A stretch of DNA of 64,000 nt from Chrysomallon squamiferum. Lineage: Eukaryota > Animalia > Mollusca. The stretch covers positions 2,294,001 through 2,358,000 of the forward strand of contig CM022673.1 of the NCBI GenBank assembly GCA_012295275.1, written 5' to 3'. This document shows, in pieces, positions 14,170 through 28,753 of this stretch (position 1 is its first letter; the number at the start of each line of letters is the position of its first letter). The position numbers and the translations under genes are program-made. The notes below the pieces were generated by a model. That model saw only the letters and a list, made by a program, of their open reading frames with translations, ran no database searches and was not told the DNA's origin.

Positions 14170-14637
14170 ATTTGTTAATAAGAGCCGATTTATTAGCTTA
14201 CAATTAATACACATACAAGTAGGATTTTATTTATTTTATCACTTGGCCACTCTCAGTTGAATCATTCTTTCAATTTTTATTCGATTTATTTTTTCCTTCA
14301 GTCAAGATGTCAAACCTTCAGTTTCTTTCTTGTTTTTGGTTTAAAAAATAAAATAAAATAAATAAACAAAATAAAATAAAATAAATAAATAAATACAAAC
14401 TATTGCATATTTTAAATATATTACTGCTGATGCAGCAAAATAAGATTTCAGCGCAATGTTATAATTTCACGATCGTCTGCTTCCAAATGCGTGCAAAGCG
14501 ACCTCTGTTGCTAAATGTCAGTTGAATTTTGATTATTAAATCAGTGTTACCGATGTTGTTCTGGGACATCACCCACGTGGTGCACAGCAATGATTTACGA
14601 CGGAATTGTTTGGATTTAATGGATACTTTTAGGTCAA
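14170..14637 (+). repeat. Copy 1 of an old ~460-bp dispersed direct duplication
   Basis: Collinear blocks shared with 16785-17238, e.g. attactgctgatgcagcaaaataag, atttcacgatcg, tgttgctaaat, tttgattattaaat, gttaccgatgt, ttttaggtcaa. Confidence 0.8.
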
Positions 14638-14987
14638 ACCTTTAAAAGTAAATAAATAAATAAATAAATAAAATTAGGTGTTTATTTTAATACATTTTAT
14701 AATAACTTGATGTATAATATTAAATTCTGCCAGTATTAAAACTCTCAAATCTAATACAAAGTTAATGACTGGTACATTGTCTTTGCAAATGAAACCCGCA
14801 TAACTGTGTTTCATGAACTGAAAACAATGGTTCACAATTTGTTTTATCGTCAGTAAATTTCAAGAAGCAAAGCTTCTCTCTACAAAGTGTTAATTATAAA
14901 TATTCACTGAGTGAAATCGCTAAAGACTCAGTAAATACGTTCTTTTCTTTGTTTCACTTTTACGATGTACCAAGACAACAGACTTAA

Positions 14988-14990
<3 letters not shown>

Positions 14991-15061
<71 letters not shown>

Positions 15062-15066
15062 AGGGA

Positions 15067-15132
<66 letters not shown>
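14991..15132. repeat. (AG)n/(GGGAGA)n microsatellite
   Basis: Seen directly. Confidence 0.95.
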
Positions 15133-15136
<4 letters not shown>

Positions 15137-16784
15137 AGAATTGAAAAATAAAGAAAATGTCCGACGTAATTATCAATTACAATATTCTTCTTGGAAATTG
15201 AAACAGACAACCAACTTTTTTATGAGCGAAGATTGCACTCACGTAACACATTCCTGAACAGGAAATCTTTTTTCTTTCTTTTTTTCTTCTAATAAAATGT
15301 TGTTTTTTGGGGGGGGGTTACGATATTTTATCACAATTTAAAAAAGTCAAGGAATATGGTAGACAATAGCTGCCATATTAATATATGCCCATACACACAC
15401 TCACAGACACACACACACACACATATATGCACAGACAGAAAGAATCATCCTGTTTGTAAAAACAAAATCTGTAAGGAGCCAAAAGAAAAAGAAAAAAAGA
15501 AAAGAAACATATTAATAGATTAGACATTTTGCTAACAAGTATCACATCTACACTGTTTATTTTGTTTTGGTTTGGTTTGGTTTGGTTTTCCTCGTTAACA
15601 GTGTTTTGGTGGGGTCTGCTTAATTTTGCTCCTCAGCTGTGTATCAAATGGGATGACTAACACACGGGAGACAACCGTTTAAATAGCAGTTTCATTATGT
15701 AAAGATGTAGCCACTGTTTTGTAATTAACGACAGCTGTAATGGTCGGAAATTCAAGGCTGTCGCTAAAGCCGGACACGGTAATTGCGTCCTTGCTGTCTG
15801 ATATGTAACAGGATCAAACACAAGTCACTCGCAGGTTTTATCTCCATTTGTAAAATGTCTGTGTGTCTGTGAGAACGATAATTAATTTTTATCCTCACAA
15901 ATTACAGATTACAGAATAGAGAAGATAATTATATAATAACAAATTAAAATTTAAAACTCAGTGTGTGTCTCTCTGTGTGTGTGTGTCAGATTATTCTAAT
16001 TATTTTTACATTTCTATAGACAATAATAATTATGTATAATTTTGTATCAGAATAATCATACACATCTGTGATACATACAAACAAACAAATACGAATACAC
16101 CCAACAAATACAGTTACACCAAACTCACTCAATTACACAACCGATACATACATCATATGCATAAAATTCAAACATACATATCAATTGTAAATATGTTTAA
16201 ATAACTCTTTCGAGCGATATTTTTGTAATGTCTTCATCTTATGCAAGTTAAGCAAAAGTCAAAGTCATTTCTGCTTGTTACGTGAGCACGCTGCTTTTCA
16301 GTTATTTCGGATTAGTAGGTAATGCAGAGGTCACACAATGATACTGTTACACAGGAAAGCACATTCAAATCATGTGATGACTGTCCTGAAGATTACTTAA
16401 TAGTTCTTGTATCAGTGTGTGTCATGTTATTTCAGACTTCTATTTGGCAAACAGAAACAGTATTCTTCGATACATCACAAATCAGTTCTAAAGCCGAACT
16501 TCACCCGACTTTTTGCATCGTCAACTGACGCGCTGAATATTATCGACATCTTTTAAAAATGTTTCCTTATACTTTCTCCATGAGGCCTTTGTTTCCCCAC
16601 CCAACAAGAAGTTGTTGCATGTATTTATATAATTAAATGTATGAAGTACACATGGACTGAGATTTCTCCTGTGTTGAGGATTATATGTGTATGTGTGTGT
16701 ATGTGTGTGTACGCGCATGTGCTTCTATTAGTCTGTCGTATTTATTATTTCTAACAATTTTGTTTATTAATCGAGAGAAATATA

Positions 16785-17238
16785 TTTGTTAATATGAGTC
16801 GATTTGTCAGCATACTGTTAATGTACAGATCATTAGGACTGTATTGAATTTACTATATCAGTTAAATCTTTCTCTCAATTATTTTTATTCGACTTACGTT
16901 TCGCTTGAATCAAAATGTCAGAACTTCCAGTTTCTTCTTCTTTTTCTTCTTCTTCTTCTTCTTCTCCTCCTTTTAATATAAACTATTTTACACTTTAATT
17001 ACATTACTGCTGATGCAGCAAAATAAGGAACCAGACGACGCATTCTTATGATTTCACGATCGGAAAAAAAAAAAAAAAAAAAAATTAAAAACACGTTAGC
17101 CTAATAAAATGTGCAACGCGATCCTTTGTTGCTAAATAAAAGCTACAGTTTGATTATTAAATTAACGTTACCGATGTATCTTTGGGATGTCACACACTGA
17201 GAATTACATGTAATGCGTGTGAACGATTTTTAGGTCAA
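16785..17238 (+). repeat. Copy 2 of an old ~460-bp dispersed direct duplication
   Basis: Same ordered blocks as 14170-14637. Confidence 0.8.
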
Positions 17239-17363
17239 TGCCCTAGAAAATACTAAAAGAAAAAAGTGCAAGAAGAAGCGCTGAATAAAAAGATCTAAAG
17301 CAGAAGAGAAAAGAAAATTCGAATTGATTTCAGTATTTGTATTACTGTGTTGCGTTGTATTTA

Positions 17364-17598
17364 GTGGTAGTGGTAGTGGTAGTGGTGGTGGTGGTAGTAG
17401 TGGTAGCAGATGGCTGCAGTAATAACAGTGTTGATAGTAATGGAATTTGGATTAACGACAGAAATAGCAGTTTAAGTGGTAGTAGTAGTGGTAGTGGTGG
17501 TGGTGGTAGTAGTGGTAGCAGATGGCTGCAGTAATAACAGTGTTGATAGTAATGGAATTTGGATTAACGACAGAAATAGCAGTTTAAGTGGTAGTAGC
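17364..17598. repeat. 112-bp near-perfect tandem duplication within a (GTA/GTG)n low-complexity tract
   Basis: agcagatggctgcagtaataacagtgttgatag... at 17405 and 17517. Confidence 0.9.
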
Positions 17599-17838
17599 AA
17601 AGAAAGTAATAGTCGCAGTAGTAGTAGTAGTAGAAGCAGCAGTAGTGGTGGATAGTGATAACAAAAGTAGTACAAGTAGTAAACTTTACATTATTATTAT
17701 TAAGGGTGATATTTTTTTAAGGGTGATGATGATGATGGTAATGGTGATGATGATAACAGCGGTAGTAGCAGATGAACAACAATGGTGACATTGGCTGATG
17801 TAATAGTAGCACGTAACTGTAGCAGTAGTAATACCAGC

Positions 17839-17875
<37 letters not shown>

Positions 17876-18336
17876 ATACCAGCAGCAGCAGTAGTAGTAG
17901 AAGTAGTTTGACTAGTTTTTATTAAACGTGATGATGTCGATATGACAGTTGTGATTGTCGAGGTAGCAGTAGTAAATCTTCTTTGTGTACGCGTGTCTTT
18001 ACGCTATATTGCAGCCGCAGTTACTTCCTCCTGAAGTTTAAAAACGTGCACGTGTATCTGACGTAGCTGTTAAATACAGACACGAAATAACTGCGTGAAC
18101 TACTCCCCGGGCCTAATGTCAGCGCGAACTGTATTACGCGCGCAAGGATAATAATAGTTCTGCACTTAACGCCAACGCTTCCTTCGTGAGATGTTAAGTT
18201 CATGCTGTGTTACATGCAGATTTTAATTACATTTCTGCAAATGTTTAGGCATGCAGTTCTATTTTAGGCACATGACTGCTTATCACAAATTATTTCATTA
18301 ATTATAGATACTAAGAACCATAATTATAGCGTTGAT

Positions 18337-18371
<35 letters not shown>

Positions 18372-18934
18372 TTATTTTAATTTTTTATTTGTAGACTAAA
18401 CGAACGAGCTGTTGTTTTAATGGAATAGTTGGTTTGAAAGTGGATGACTGAGTTAATTATCTCGGAGTACGACATGAACACAACGTGAAATTTTGAAAAT
18501 ATTTTTTTTATATATATTTCGAGAAATTGCAGTGCTACTAATATCGTAGTAGAAATTGCTTAGATAATGCAAATTGTAATCAACTAAATGTTTGTTAGTT
18601 TATCTGTTTATATCCTTGAAGATTGTAGATGCCTTCCGAAAAAAGGTTTTGAAATCGCCTTCCCTTCTTGTTACGCATTTTAAACTATATAAATGTGCCA
18701 CCGTTTGTCTCATATTATCTACATCTGTGTTATGCAATGCTTCTCAAAGGGTGTGCATTTGAGACATGGTTAGGTGTGAACCACGACATTTTAGGATTTA
18801 GGTAGATATTTGTGATGATAAAAGATTGATTGTATTAAGAGCGGTAAGATATCCAGTAAGAAATAGCCAGATTTTTACCACGTTGTAAACTCGTTCGAAA
18901 CGAGGTTTGGCTGAGGAACAAGCGCGGCTGCTCA

Positions 18935-19232
18935 AGGCTGCGCAGTAGTTTACCAGTGACAGTGTGAGTGATAGGGTGTGCAGGCTGTGCAGTAGTTTAC
19001 CAGTGACAGTGTGAGTGATAGGGTGTGCAGGCTGTGCAGTAGTTTACCAGTGACAGTGTGAGTGATAGGGTGTGCAGGCTGTGCAGTAGTTTACCAGTGA
19101 CAGTGTGAGTGATTTGCAGACTGCCAGTGACAGTGACAGTGTGAGTGATAGGCTGTGCAGTAATTTACCAGTGACAGTGTGAGTGATAGGGTGTGCAGGC
19201 TGTGCAGTAGTTTACCAGTGACAGTTTGAGTG
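18935..19232. repeat. 47-bp minisatellite (aggctgtgcagtagtttaccagtgacagtgtgagtgatagggtgtgc), ~6 copies
   Basis: Unit starts at 18935, 18982, 19029 and 19076, followed by variant copies. Confidence 0.95.
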
Positions 19233-20438
19233 TGCAAGCGTGATAAACAGCCATAGTTTTCTTGTGACACATATTCCTATCACTGTCACACTCACTACCC
19301 ATCTGAAACTTTAATACTTTATGGAAGTTTAGCCTATTATAGTGTTACATTTGTTAAAAGCAAACGACTGATAAAAGTTTTTCCTCCCTGCACAATGCAC
19401 ACCATTAAAAATATAGCCTTTGTACAGTTTTTTGACATTTTAACATCCGTTGCTTTGTATTTCATATTCCAATGTTTTTGCAGAAATTGCCAAGACACGT
19501 CAGACTCATACTTCTCATCAGCACAAAATAGATGATGAATAAAGGTAGATACTCACACTCTAAATATATAAGTGAACATCTCTCACACAATGGCGGTATC
19601 TAAATATATCAGTGTTAATAATATTAATAATATTTTATAACTTTTTTTTTTCAAATATTATACGTCTATTCAAAAATATCACGTACTAACTCATTCGTTA
19701 TCAAATTTCCTTATCGGAGGAATCGTATATGGTCACCACATATACCACTTAAGGATGTCAGAAGGCGTTTCAGTTTTCAGTGGAGATTTAGATTTCGAAC
19801 TAATTTCGGCGCCATTATTAGAAAAACGGACCAATGAAAATGCGACTACCAGTGAACTTGTGTTTTGAATTATACAATCACTATAACTTACCTCCCTTGA
19901 GTTTAAAAAATGACAACAGCTAAAAAACAAAAACAAAAACAAAAAGTATGATATAGATCATCTGTCCCAGTCTGCAGCGAAATCTACGGGACAGAAAAAC
20001 CAAGGTGACCTTCGACATTTTCTGTGACCTTTCTTTATTTAACTAGCAGCAACGCAACAAATCATGGCGAAATATTCCGTAAACTATGTTCTGACAAGAC
20101 GCATACCTAACCAGCAAAATTAACAAAATAAACACAGTTTTATACGGCTGTTTCCCAAATTATTCTCTCTGCCTGCCTCTTTTCAAAATAAACCACTAAC
20201 AGTTTTTGTATTTATAATTTTTTTTTTTTTTTTTTTTTTCATGCTCGTTACGAGTATATTCATGGAAATGTATGGTGACAAATGTTTATGGTATTCACGT
20301 TTTTCAATATTGAGAAACAGTTTATCAACTTTATCTCTTCCTGTACGCTAACAGCATATGTAGTGGAAGATTTGGTATCTAATTTAACCTCTACATACCT
20401 ATTGATCATATAACAATTAAATAAAAACATCGCAAACT

Positions 20439-20439
<1 letters not shown>

Positions 20440-20532
<93 letters not shown>
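20440..20532. repeat. (AG)n microsatellite
   Basis: Seen directly. Confidence 0.95.
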
Positions 20533-20537
<5 letters not shown>

Positions 20538-23500
20538 TGTATTTAAGACCAAGCAGTTCTTTGACTTTATACCTTTGTTTCATGAATCGGTTACAACCAA
20601 ACTACAGATTACATCATTTCTGTTATTAGATAATGTCACAGAAACTGTGCTCGTTTGTGTCCTTTACCTACTTACAAATTATATCTGTTCAGAAACAGAA
20701 GGGAAAGAAAAGAGAAGAAAATAATGAGACACACGTAGAACATTATATATTTATTAAATGTATTGAAAGTTCTCGTGCATTAGAAATTAAACGAAGCTCA
20801 GATAGTCCAACTACAAGAAGATAGTAACAAATCTCCGTTCTCCTGCCTTGAGTACAGTTTAAACGTTACATTAACACTACGTCTCACATCAGTCGTGAAG
20901 AATAACCTCGTTAAAGATTGAATTTAATATTATTATTGCGACACGTTAACATAAGCGTAACATTTTTGCTGTTACTTGTCGGTTCGCACTTCGCGCGTTT
21001 TTGGTGGTAGCAAATCATTTCGTTAAACTCAAAATTGAATAAACTAAGAAAAACAAATAATAAATAAATAAATAATAGTTCCTTAATTTTGAATGCAACT
21101 GACAAAAGATCCTCTTTGCCAGACCTTTCCAAAAATGAGAAAGTCACACGATAACAAAATAATGTCAGACGACATTACAAATTATTTGAGAAAATTCAGC
21201 TGAAACGAAACAAATGAACAAAATGAGTTGTTCCATAAAAATAGTTTTGCCATAATACGTCAGTTATCCTGAGAACGAGAAGTTAAAAATGAAACGGCGC
21301 AGTATGACTGAAGCCTGTTAAGAATGAGAAACAAGATTACGCGTCAAAATCTTCGAAGTCGAGTGAACCCGCTGAGAAAGAACAACACAGTATAACAAAT
21401 AAATAAATAAAATAAAATAAAATAAAATAAAAGAAGTATACGACACATGAAAACGCAACAAAATATAATATAATTAAATAATTGAATAAAAGACAGGACA
21501 TAACAGTCTATCCGAAAAAGGGGGAAAAAACCCAGAAAAAAGGATACAGAGGAGGTCATGAAAATTACCAAGATGCAGAAATATAGTCAAAATCCTCGTG
21601 AAAATATCAAGATGTTTTCTTGTTCTTCTTTTCTTTTCATTTATAACACTTAAAAAATAATAATTATAATTCTATTTACATATTTATATATATTTATGTA
21701 CTGATTTTTATTTTTTTTATTTTTTTTATGATGAGTTGGGAAATCTAAGGCAAACGACTGCTAGATTAACTGTAAATAGCTGTTATATGCTGGAGCAAGA
21801 TGAGTCAATTTCAGTCATAATTATTAACACACAAACACACGCACAATTTATTGCTCATTTGCTGTTTTTAATGTCATATTCTCTACTCTTGGATGGTTTT
21901 ATTGACTAAACGTGTAAATACAAGAGTAATAATTATTTGAAAATAATGATAATAACAAGGCCATCATCAATATTTGTTCCACACATTTTGAGATAGACAG
22001 CTTCAATCTCTAATGCAAGAAATTTCACACAACAGATGTAAATTTTTCGAAGCTAAATACTCTCTAAATAAATAAATAAACAAACAAATAAATCATTCTA
22101 ATAATAACTAACTAAACAAATAAGTAAATAAATAAATATGTGCATATATACCAATTATTTAAAGAATAAATATAAAAAATAAAAATACTTTATTGTATAA
22201 TCAAGAATAACAAAAACATGACAAAATGGGGTTTTTGACCATTATTATTTTTTATTATTATTATTTTTTTTTCGCCAATAATAACATTATGCAAACTAAT
22301 TTCGAGATAATCTTTACAAGTGACCTCAATAAAACCTGAACATTATCCATTCAAGTGAGTTTATCGCTAAAGTAGTTCGACCAAAAATAACCTCGATGGA
22401 CAGGAAAAAGTGCAGCGTTAACCAACAGCCATTTTATATTCTGCTCGGTACGTAGCTATTCATCATGCAGACAAACCTTCGAGATTTCCCGCAATCAGCA
22501 ATAGTGTTTCTATCCCTGTCCCAGATCAGATCTGTAGCAGATATTAATGTCAGTATAATTAGAGGATATGACATGACGACTCGTTCTAATTTATGAAGAG
22601 CTGATTGAATCAACTTTATATGCAGTTATCACTATAAATATAGTAATTACATCGATTTAATTGACATGAGTGTACAATATTATTTATTATTTATTTATTT
22701 ATTTATTATTTCTTTTTTTTTTTTTTTTTTTTTTTTATTTTTAAATTTTATAATTTTTTCCCTAGTCATATCTTGCAAGGATATTTTCTTCTTCTTCTTC
22801 TTCTTTTTTAATATAAAATTGTGTTCACCTAATCAGTTAACGAATTATGCAACAGTAAAAATAACGTGAACAAATAGGGGGTAAAGGAAAAGTAGCTTTG
22901 GCGATTACAAGCAAAACCGTTCATAATAAACAAAACTTTTTTATTGTTCGTTTGCTGACATTCTTTACAGTCATGTTTTTTTTTTATTGTAAATAATTAT
23001 TATTAATACATAAAATGGAACACACCATGGATCCAGTTCAGTGTTCGCAATATATTTATTACCCATTTCACCCAATTCATTTCCATATAGACAAAGTTCA
23101 CAGTTTACAAAAATACATTTTTAAGTCATTCATCAGCTCTGTATACAACAGAATATTTACATCATCTAGGTATTTACAAGTAATTCCATAGGATTTTAAT
23201 TGTGTATCTAAATAATTAGTATCTTTGTAGGATGTATTAATATCTATCAACATTATTAGAATTTCCAGATGATATATATCTAAATAATTAGCATTTTCAA
23301 TTTTTAAAAAGTGTAATTTTTCATGAAATAGCTGAAATAAATTAACAGGCTAGAGAAAACATTTTTGGGGTCAGGATCAGGAAATTTTAATAATGGATAA
23401 TGTTTAGAAAAAAAAAAAATTAAGTTTAAAACATAAAAAAATTTATTGTAACAAGTAAATAAAATAAATAAAATAAATAAAATAAAATAAATGGAAATTG

Positions 23501-24385
23501 AAAAAGAAAAAACAAAACATGAAGTAGAAAATATTACTGCCACCAGTTAAATTAATAAATCAATGATTTGATGTTACCCTCTAACCATACCTTATCCTCA
23601 AAGCTTTTAGCCAAGTAAAATAAAAATATTTAAACATTTTCAACAAATACTAATAAAATGTTTTCTTCAAGTAAAAATAAATTATATAAATAAATAAAAA
23701 TCGACCATACCTGAATACATCATTTTTATTAAACAAAATTATGAAAGAGGAATTAAAATGACAGAAATTTAGATTAATATTAAACAAATCATTTGTTATT
23801 AAAAGTTCACTGGAAAAAATATTGATAAAATACAAATTCCTTAAGTGATAAACATTATCTGCCATTTCGTTGAGTTCTTTGTTTAACATTATTTTTTCAG
23901 TCATTATTAAATGTTTTAATGTCATGAAATTCACAAAAAGAAATAATTGTTTGTTTAAAAATTTTAAAAAAAGAAAAAAAAGAAACTAAATTAATAAAAT
24001 TAAAATAAAACTGTTTGATGAAATGAATTTACAATATTGTTCTTAATAAAGTGACCAAATCTTGCAATGTGTTTTGAAAATAATATGTTCTAAATTAAAG
24101 GCTTAAAAAAAAAAAAAAAAACCAGCGGAGTTCAGATCTTTTAAGCACCATTTTCTAATCTTAATGTATATATTTAACAGTAATCATCTGCATCAATTGA
24201 GATGGTTTTAAATACAAAATCATAATTAGTAAAAGTGCAAAACCTAGTCAATATATTCAAATCACAAAAATCAGAAAATTTAATTTTTTGTAATTTGACA
24301 TACAGTAAAATAGATCAAGTGATGTTGATTCAGATTATTAACCTTTCACATAAAAAAAAATATTCTTCCATAAATTTCTATAATA

Positions 24386-24416
<31 letters not shown>

Positions 24417-27400
24417 TGAATAAATAACAGAATTACAAAAAAAAAATACAAAAAGAAAGAAAGAAAAAATATACAGCAAAACGATGGAAACAAATCAACA
24501 TCAACCAAACATTAATAATTAATATCAATATTTTTTTTTTTTTTAAAGTTATAATAATATGATAATAATGTGAAATTGCTTCTATAACTTTAGACAATCT
24601 TACTGAAGAGAGTTAATAAAAACAATTTGCACAATTAAAAAACAAATACAAAATAGATCAGCTACTTTCAGTTACAACCCAATACTAAATTCATGGAATA
24701 CAATTCTACTTCTTTTTTAAACTTAAAAATGTTATTTAAGCTGTACATTTTCATATATAAAAAGCATCTAATTATAGTAACAAAAGAAACCTTTCATACA
24801 AGTGTGACCATGTTTTTGGAGGTTAAAATAATTCTGAAATAAATTTTGAATTTAATAATTATTTTCTAGCACTTTTTGTGGATGTTTATATATATATATA
24901 AACTTTATGGAATGGTTTAAGTGCAATACAAATAAAAAGGAGAGAAAAAGAGCACAAAACAGTTAAAAAGAAATATGAAAGTTAAAAATAAATTAACATG
25001 GAGTCTTATGAATATTTTAAAATTATACACTTCAGTAAAATCAGTAAGATTAATTTTATTTCCTGCCATTTAACTGTCCCTTGCATTTTTGGAAAGAAAA
25101 AAACCAGAAAAACTACAAAGATTTATCTTTTAAATAAGTATTCAAGTGAAAAAAAAAAAATATATATATATATATATATGTATATTTATAAAAAATAAAA
25201 AAGAAGAAAATGTAGAGAAGAAAATGTGAAGATTAGTAACAAATTCAAAATCATTCAGAGAAAAATAGTATTTTCAGAACATATCAGTTAAAAACAGCAG
25301 TGTTACTAGGTTTAAAAAATAAAATTTAAATAAATATTTCTTTTAAGAAAAGGTTTGTCAAAATAATATTTAGGATAAATATAGATAAGAATATTTTGTG
25401 ACAAATGCCAATTACAGAAAATGTGTTTTGATGTTAAATGAAAAACAATAAATCTGAAAACTATACATTTCTCAATTTTAAGATTTATTCCAAGTTCAAC
25501 CTCTGTAAATTTAAAAATGAAAATGAAAGCTTTGATAAATTTTAATCATATAAATTAAAATGAATATATTGATCAACATTTAAATGCAATTTCACAATTA
25601 AAATAACATATTTGAGCCGTTTAATTTTTTATAATGACCAAAAGATTGGGTAAACAATATATTATAACAATTTATCTCGTTTGAATGATCAAATAAAATA
25701 ACTTGTTTGGTATAATGTAAAATATATTTATTTTAAAGATCATTTTAAATTCAAGGGGAATAAACAATACCTTTTAACAGAAGATTTATTTTTCATATTT
25801 TATTATAAGTATAGATGTAACAGTAATTTCTGAATGATCATAAACATGGATTTTACAAAAGATATAAAATAAAAAAAAAAAAATATATTTTTATTTCTAT
25901 GGATCATAAGAGTTGTAATAACAAGAACATTTTAAAAATAATAATTATAAAATAAAGGTAATTTTAATATAAATAATATACAAATGAAATGACAAAACAC
26001 CATTATGCTAATATACAGATTACAAACCAAGTACCAGATACAAGATTAAATGTATGATGATTTTTATTTTATTATTTTTAATTTTAAAAAGTTTTTCTGT
26101 AAATGAAATATTAAAATGGTAAAACCAAGAATGGTAATAAAACTAAATCATTATTAATACGTTAACATTCACCAAAAAAAAAAAAAAAAAAAACTTTAGA
26201 ATTTAAACAATTTCCGTCACAACACTTCAATGTCAACAATCTGGAAAAACCTTATTTTTATTTTATTTTGAAATTGTACTGAGGTTAATGTTTATGTGAG
26301 TAAGTTCTAAAAAATACATAAATTTTAATATTTTCACGAATAACATTACATACTGTCAGTTTTTGTTATCTTTATTTGTTATTTTGGTAGAGAATCTAAT
26401 AAATACAGATATAATCAAACCTGCTTTTGCACCTATCTAGAATTTCCACCACATTATATTTTACAATGTCATTTTGCATTCTGTATGACAACCATATAGG
26501 CAATATTTTGTGCCTGGTCTCTTTGACTTCATTTTTCAATATATTTTAATTTATTTAAGTTTTCAAGTTAAACAATTCACTTCCCAGATACACAAAACAA
26601 CAACAATCACAATTTAACAATAATATTAAACAATATATTAAAAACTTCACAATTTGTTTAAAAAGAGCACCTTTTTAATTACAAAAAGAAAACAAAAAGA
26701 TTTTTAAAAAGAAGCAATATTTACACTTAACATATAAATGTATATACATAGAGCATTATAAATAAATAATTATAGGTATAAACTTCTACCTATCAAATTA
26801 ACAGCATCTCAGTATAAAACTTTTCGACCTTAACTTTTAGTATCTAAACAAACAACTGGAATAATCTGAAGTTTTGTACATCTGTTTCACAATACATGAA
26901 AATGTGAAATTACATACTTTTAAATGAGTACAATAATTTTTGATCTTGAACATCCATTTTACTAGATATTTTATCACCTATGGCAATCTAAAATTAAAAA
27001 CTTATCTCATGCATTATTTTTAAGCTTACGTACATTTCTTTTATCTGTTATTACTTGATTTTGTTATATTCATCACAACTTCAGAAACAAAGAGAGACAA
27101 CTCTTAACAGATACATATTTCAGCTTATACTGATAACCAACAGCATACGATTTGTCATGAGAAACTGGACTTAATTCTAACCATAACATTTCAGATAAAG
27201 CGTATGTCAGACTAACATTGTTAGGATTTATATGTTTTCAAAGGATAATTCTGTACAATTCTTTCAGATCTGACAAGAATGAACAAAGAAAAACACATTT
27301 AATTTTTCTTTGATTTGTGGCACAGTGAAAACATCCTTTTAACAACCTCCAAGGATCTATGATACATTTCCTAAAGTATACTGCTAACACAGGATGCTTC

Positions 27401-28753
27401 AAAAATATGTTATAATTTAAGACGATATATTGTTTTTCTTATTGTCAAAAAATATAGAGGTATGTTTTCAAAAATATACTGACCATGATTACAGTTAAAC
27501 AGAGATGGTTTAACCTTTCAAAGCAACTGTAAAATGCATTTTTTTTCATGCTTATTTTAAATATCATTACTGCTATTATTATTATTAATTTGAAGAATGC
27601 TTTTATGTTTGAATATGGAATAGTTATATGTTTATCATAACCATTTTTAACAAGCAGATCCTTATTTCCCTCTGCATTTAGACAATTTTTCTAGTTATTA
27701 ACATTCCTATCACTAGCTTGTAACAAAGAATCTAATTTAAACATTCATTCTATATAGTTAACATTAATTATTTCTTAAACAATAAAAACAATTCTGTATA
27801 TACTTTCAAATTTAAATATAATTAACAAAATTAATTAATCCTGTGGCAAATGCAAGCACATGTGATAAAAAATGTTTCAAACAATTTTTGACAAAGAAAG
27901 CAAGCACAATTTTAGTTCACTTACAGGCAGTTAAAGATTATATGCAAGACAATCTGGTATCAGTTATAATTATTAAATAACAAAAACAACACATAATTCA
28001 CACTAGCATAAGCAACACACAGCAAATAACAAAATGTAGAACTGTCTGCTGACTTTGTAATTCAGGCACAAACATCTTAAACAGTCTGACTAGAAAACAT
28101 AGTATGTTACAGTCAATCTTTGAATATCGTGTGATGATTGTTTAAAAATTTATCTTTGTAATAAATTTAAATTGATTTAATTATTTTAATAAATTTTCTG
28201 TAATAATTTATATTTGTGCTTTCAAGAGGGAATTTCAAATTGAAAAATACTAAAAATTGCATTAAAAAAAAGATACTTTGCTACTTCTGAGAAGACCAAT
28301 AAATATTTTGTTGGGTGTTGTTTTTTCTGATATAAATAACTTCTCTTGCCATTTGTGTTCCTAATTATTAAAATAACAAAGGAAAATGTGAAACATAACT
28401 TTTCACTTATTGCTAGTATGATATTGTAATATAATACAGCTGATAATTTGGATACAACCATACCAATTAAATGGAAGTGTTCAAAAACAAAAATACTGAA
28501 AAAAAATACTAATGTTCATTTTTTCCACATCAAGAGTCAACTAATCCTGAATGCAAAAAATTTGGTACTTAAAATATAAATAAATAAATAAAAGATACAG
28601 AAGAAATAATAATCCATAATAACAGCCAAAAAAAACAAATTCCAAAGCAATCGGGACAACACTGTTGTTGGCATGAGGATTACTGTGTAGTAGACATACT
28701 TGTTAAGATACTGAGACATCCAGACATTAGTAAGTAAGTTTGATGTTTTTTTT

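Noticed and set aside
17337-17788. Signal-peptide-like poly-Val/Leu/Thr ORFs
   Set aside because: Produced by GTA/GTG triplet repeats and a 112-bp duplication; no splice or homology support.
18935-19232. CRISPR-like array
   Set aside because: Head-to-tail 47-bp minisatellite without spacers.
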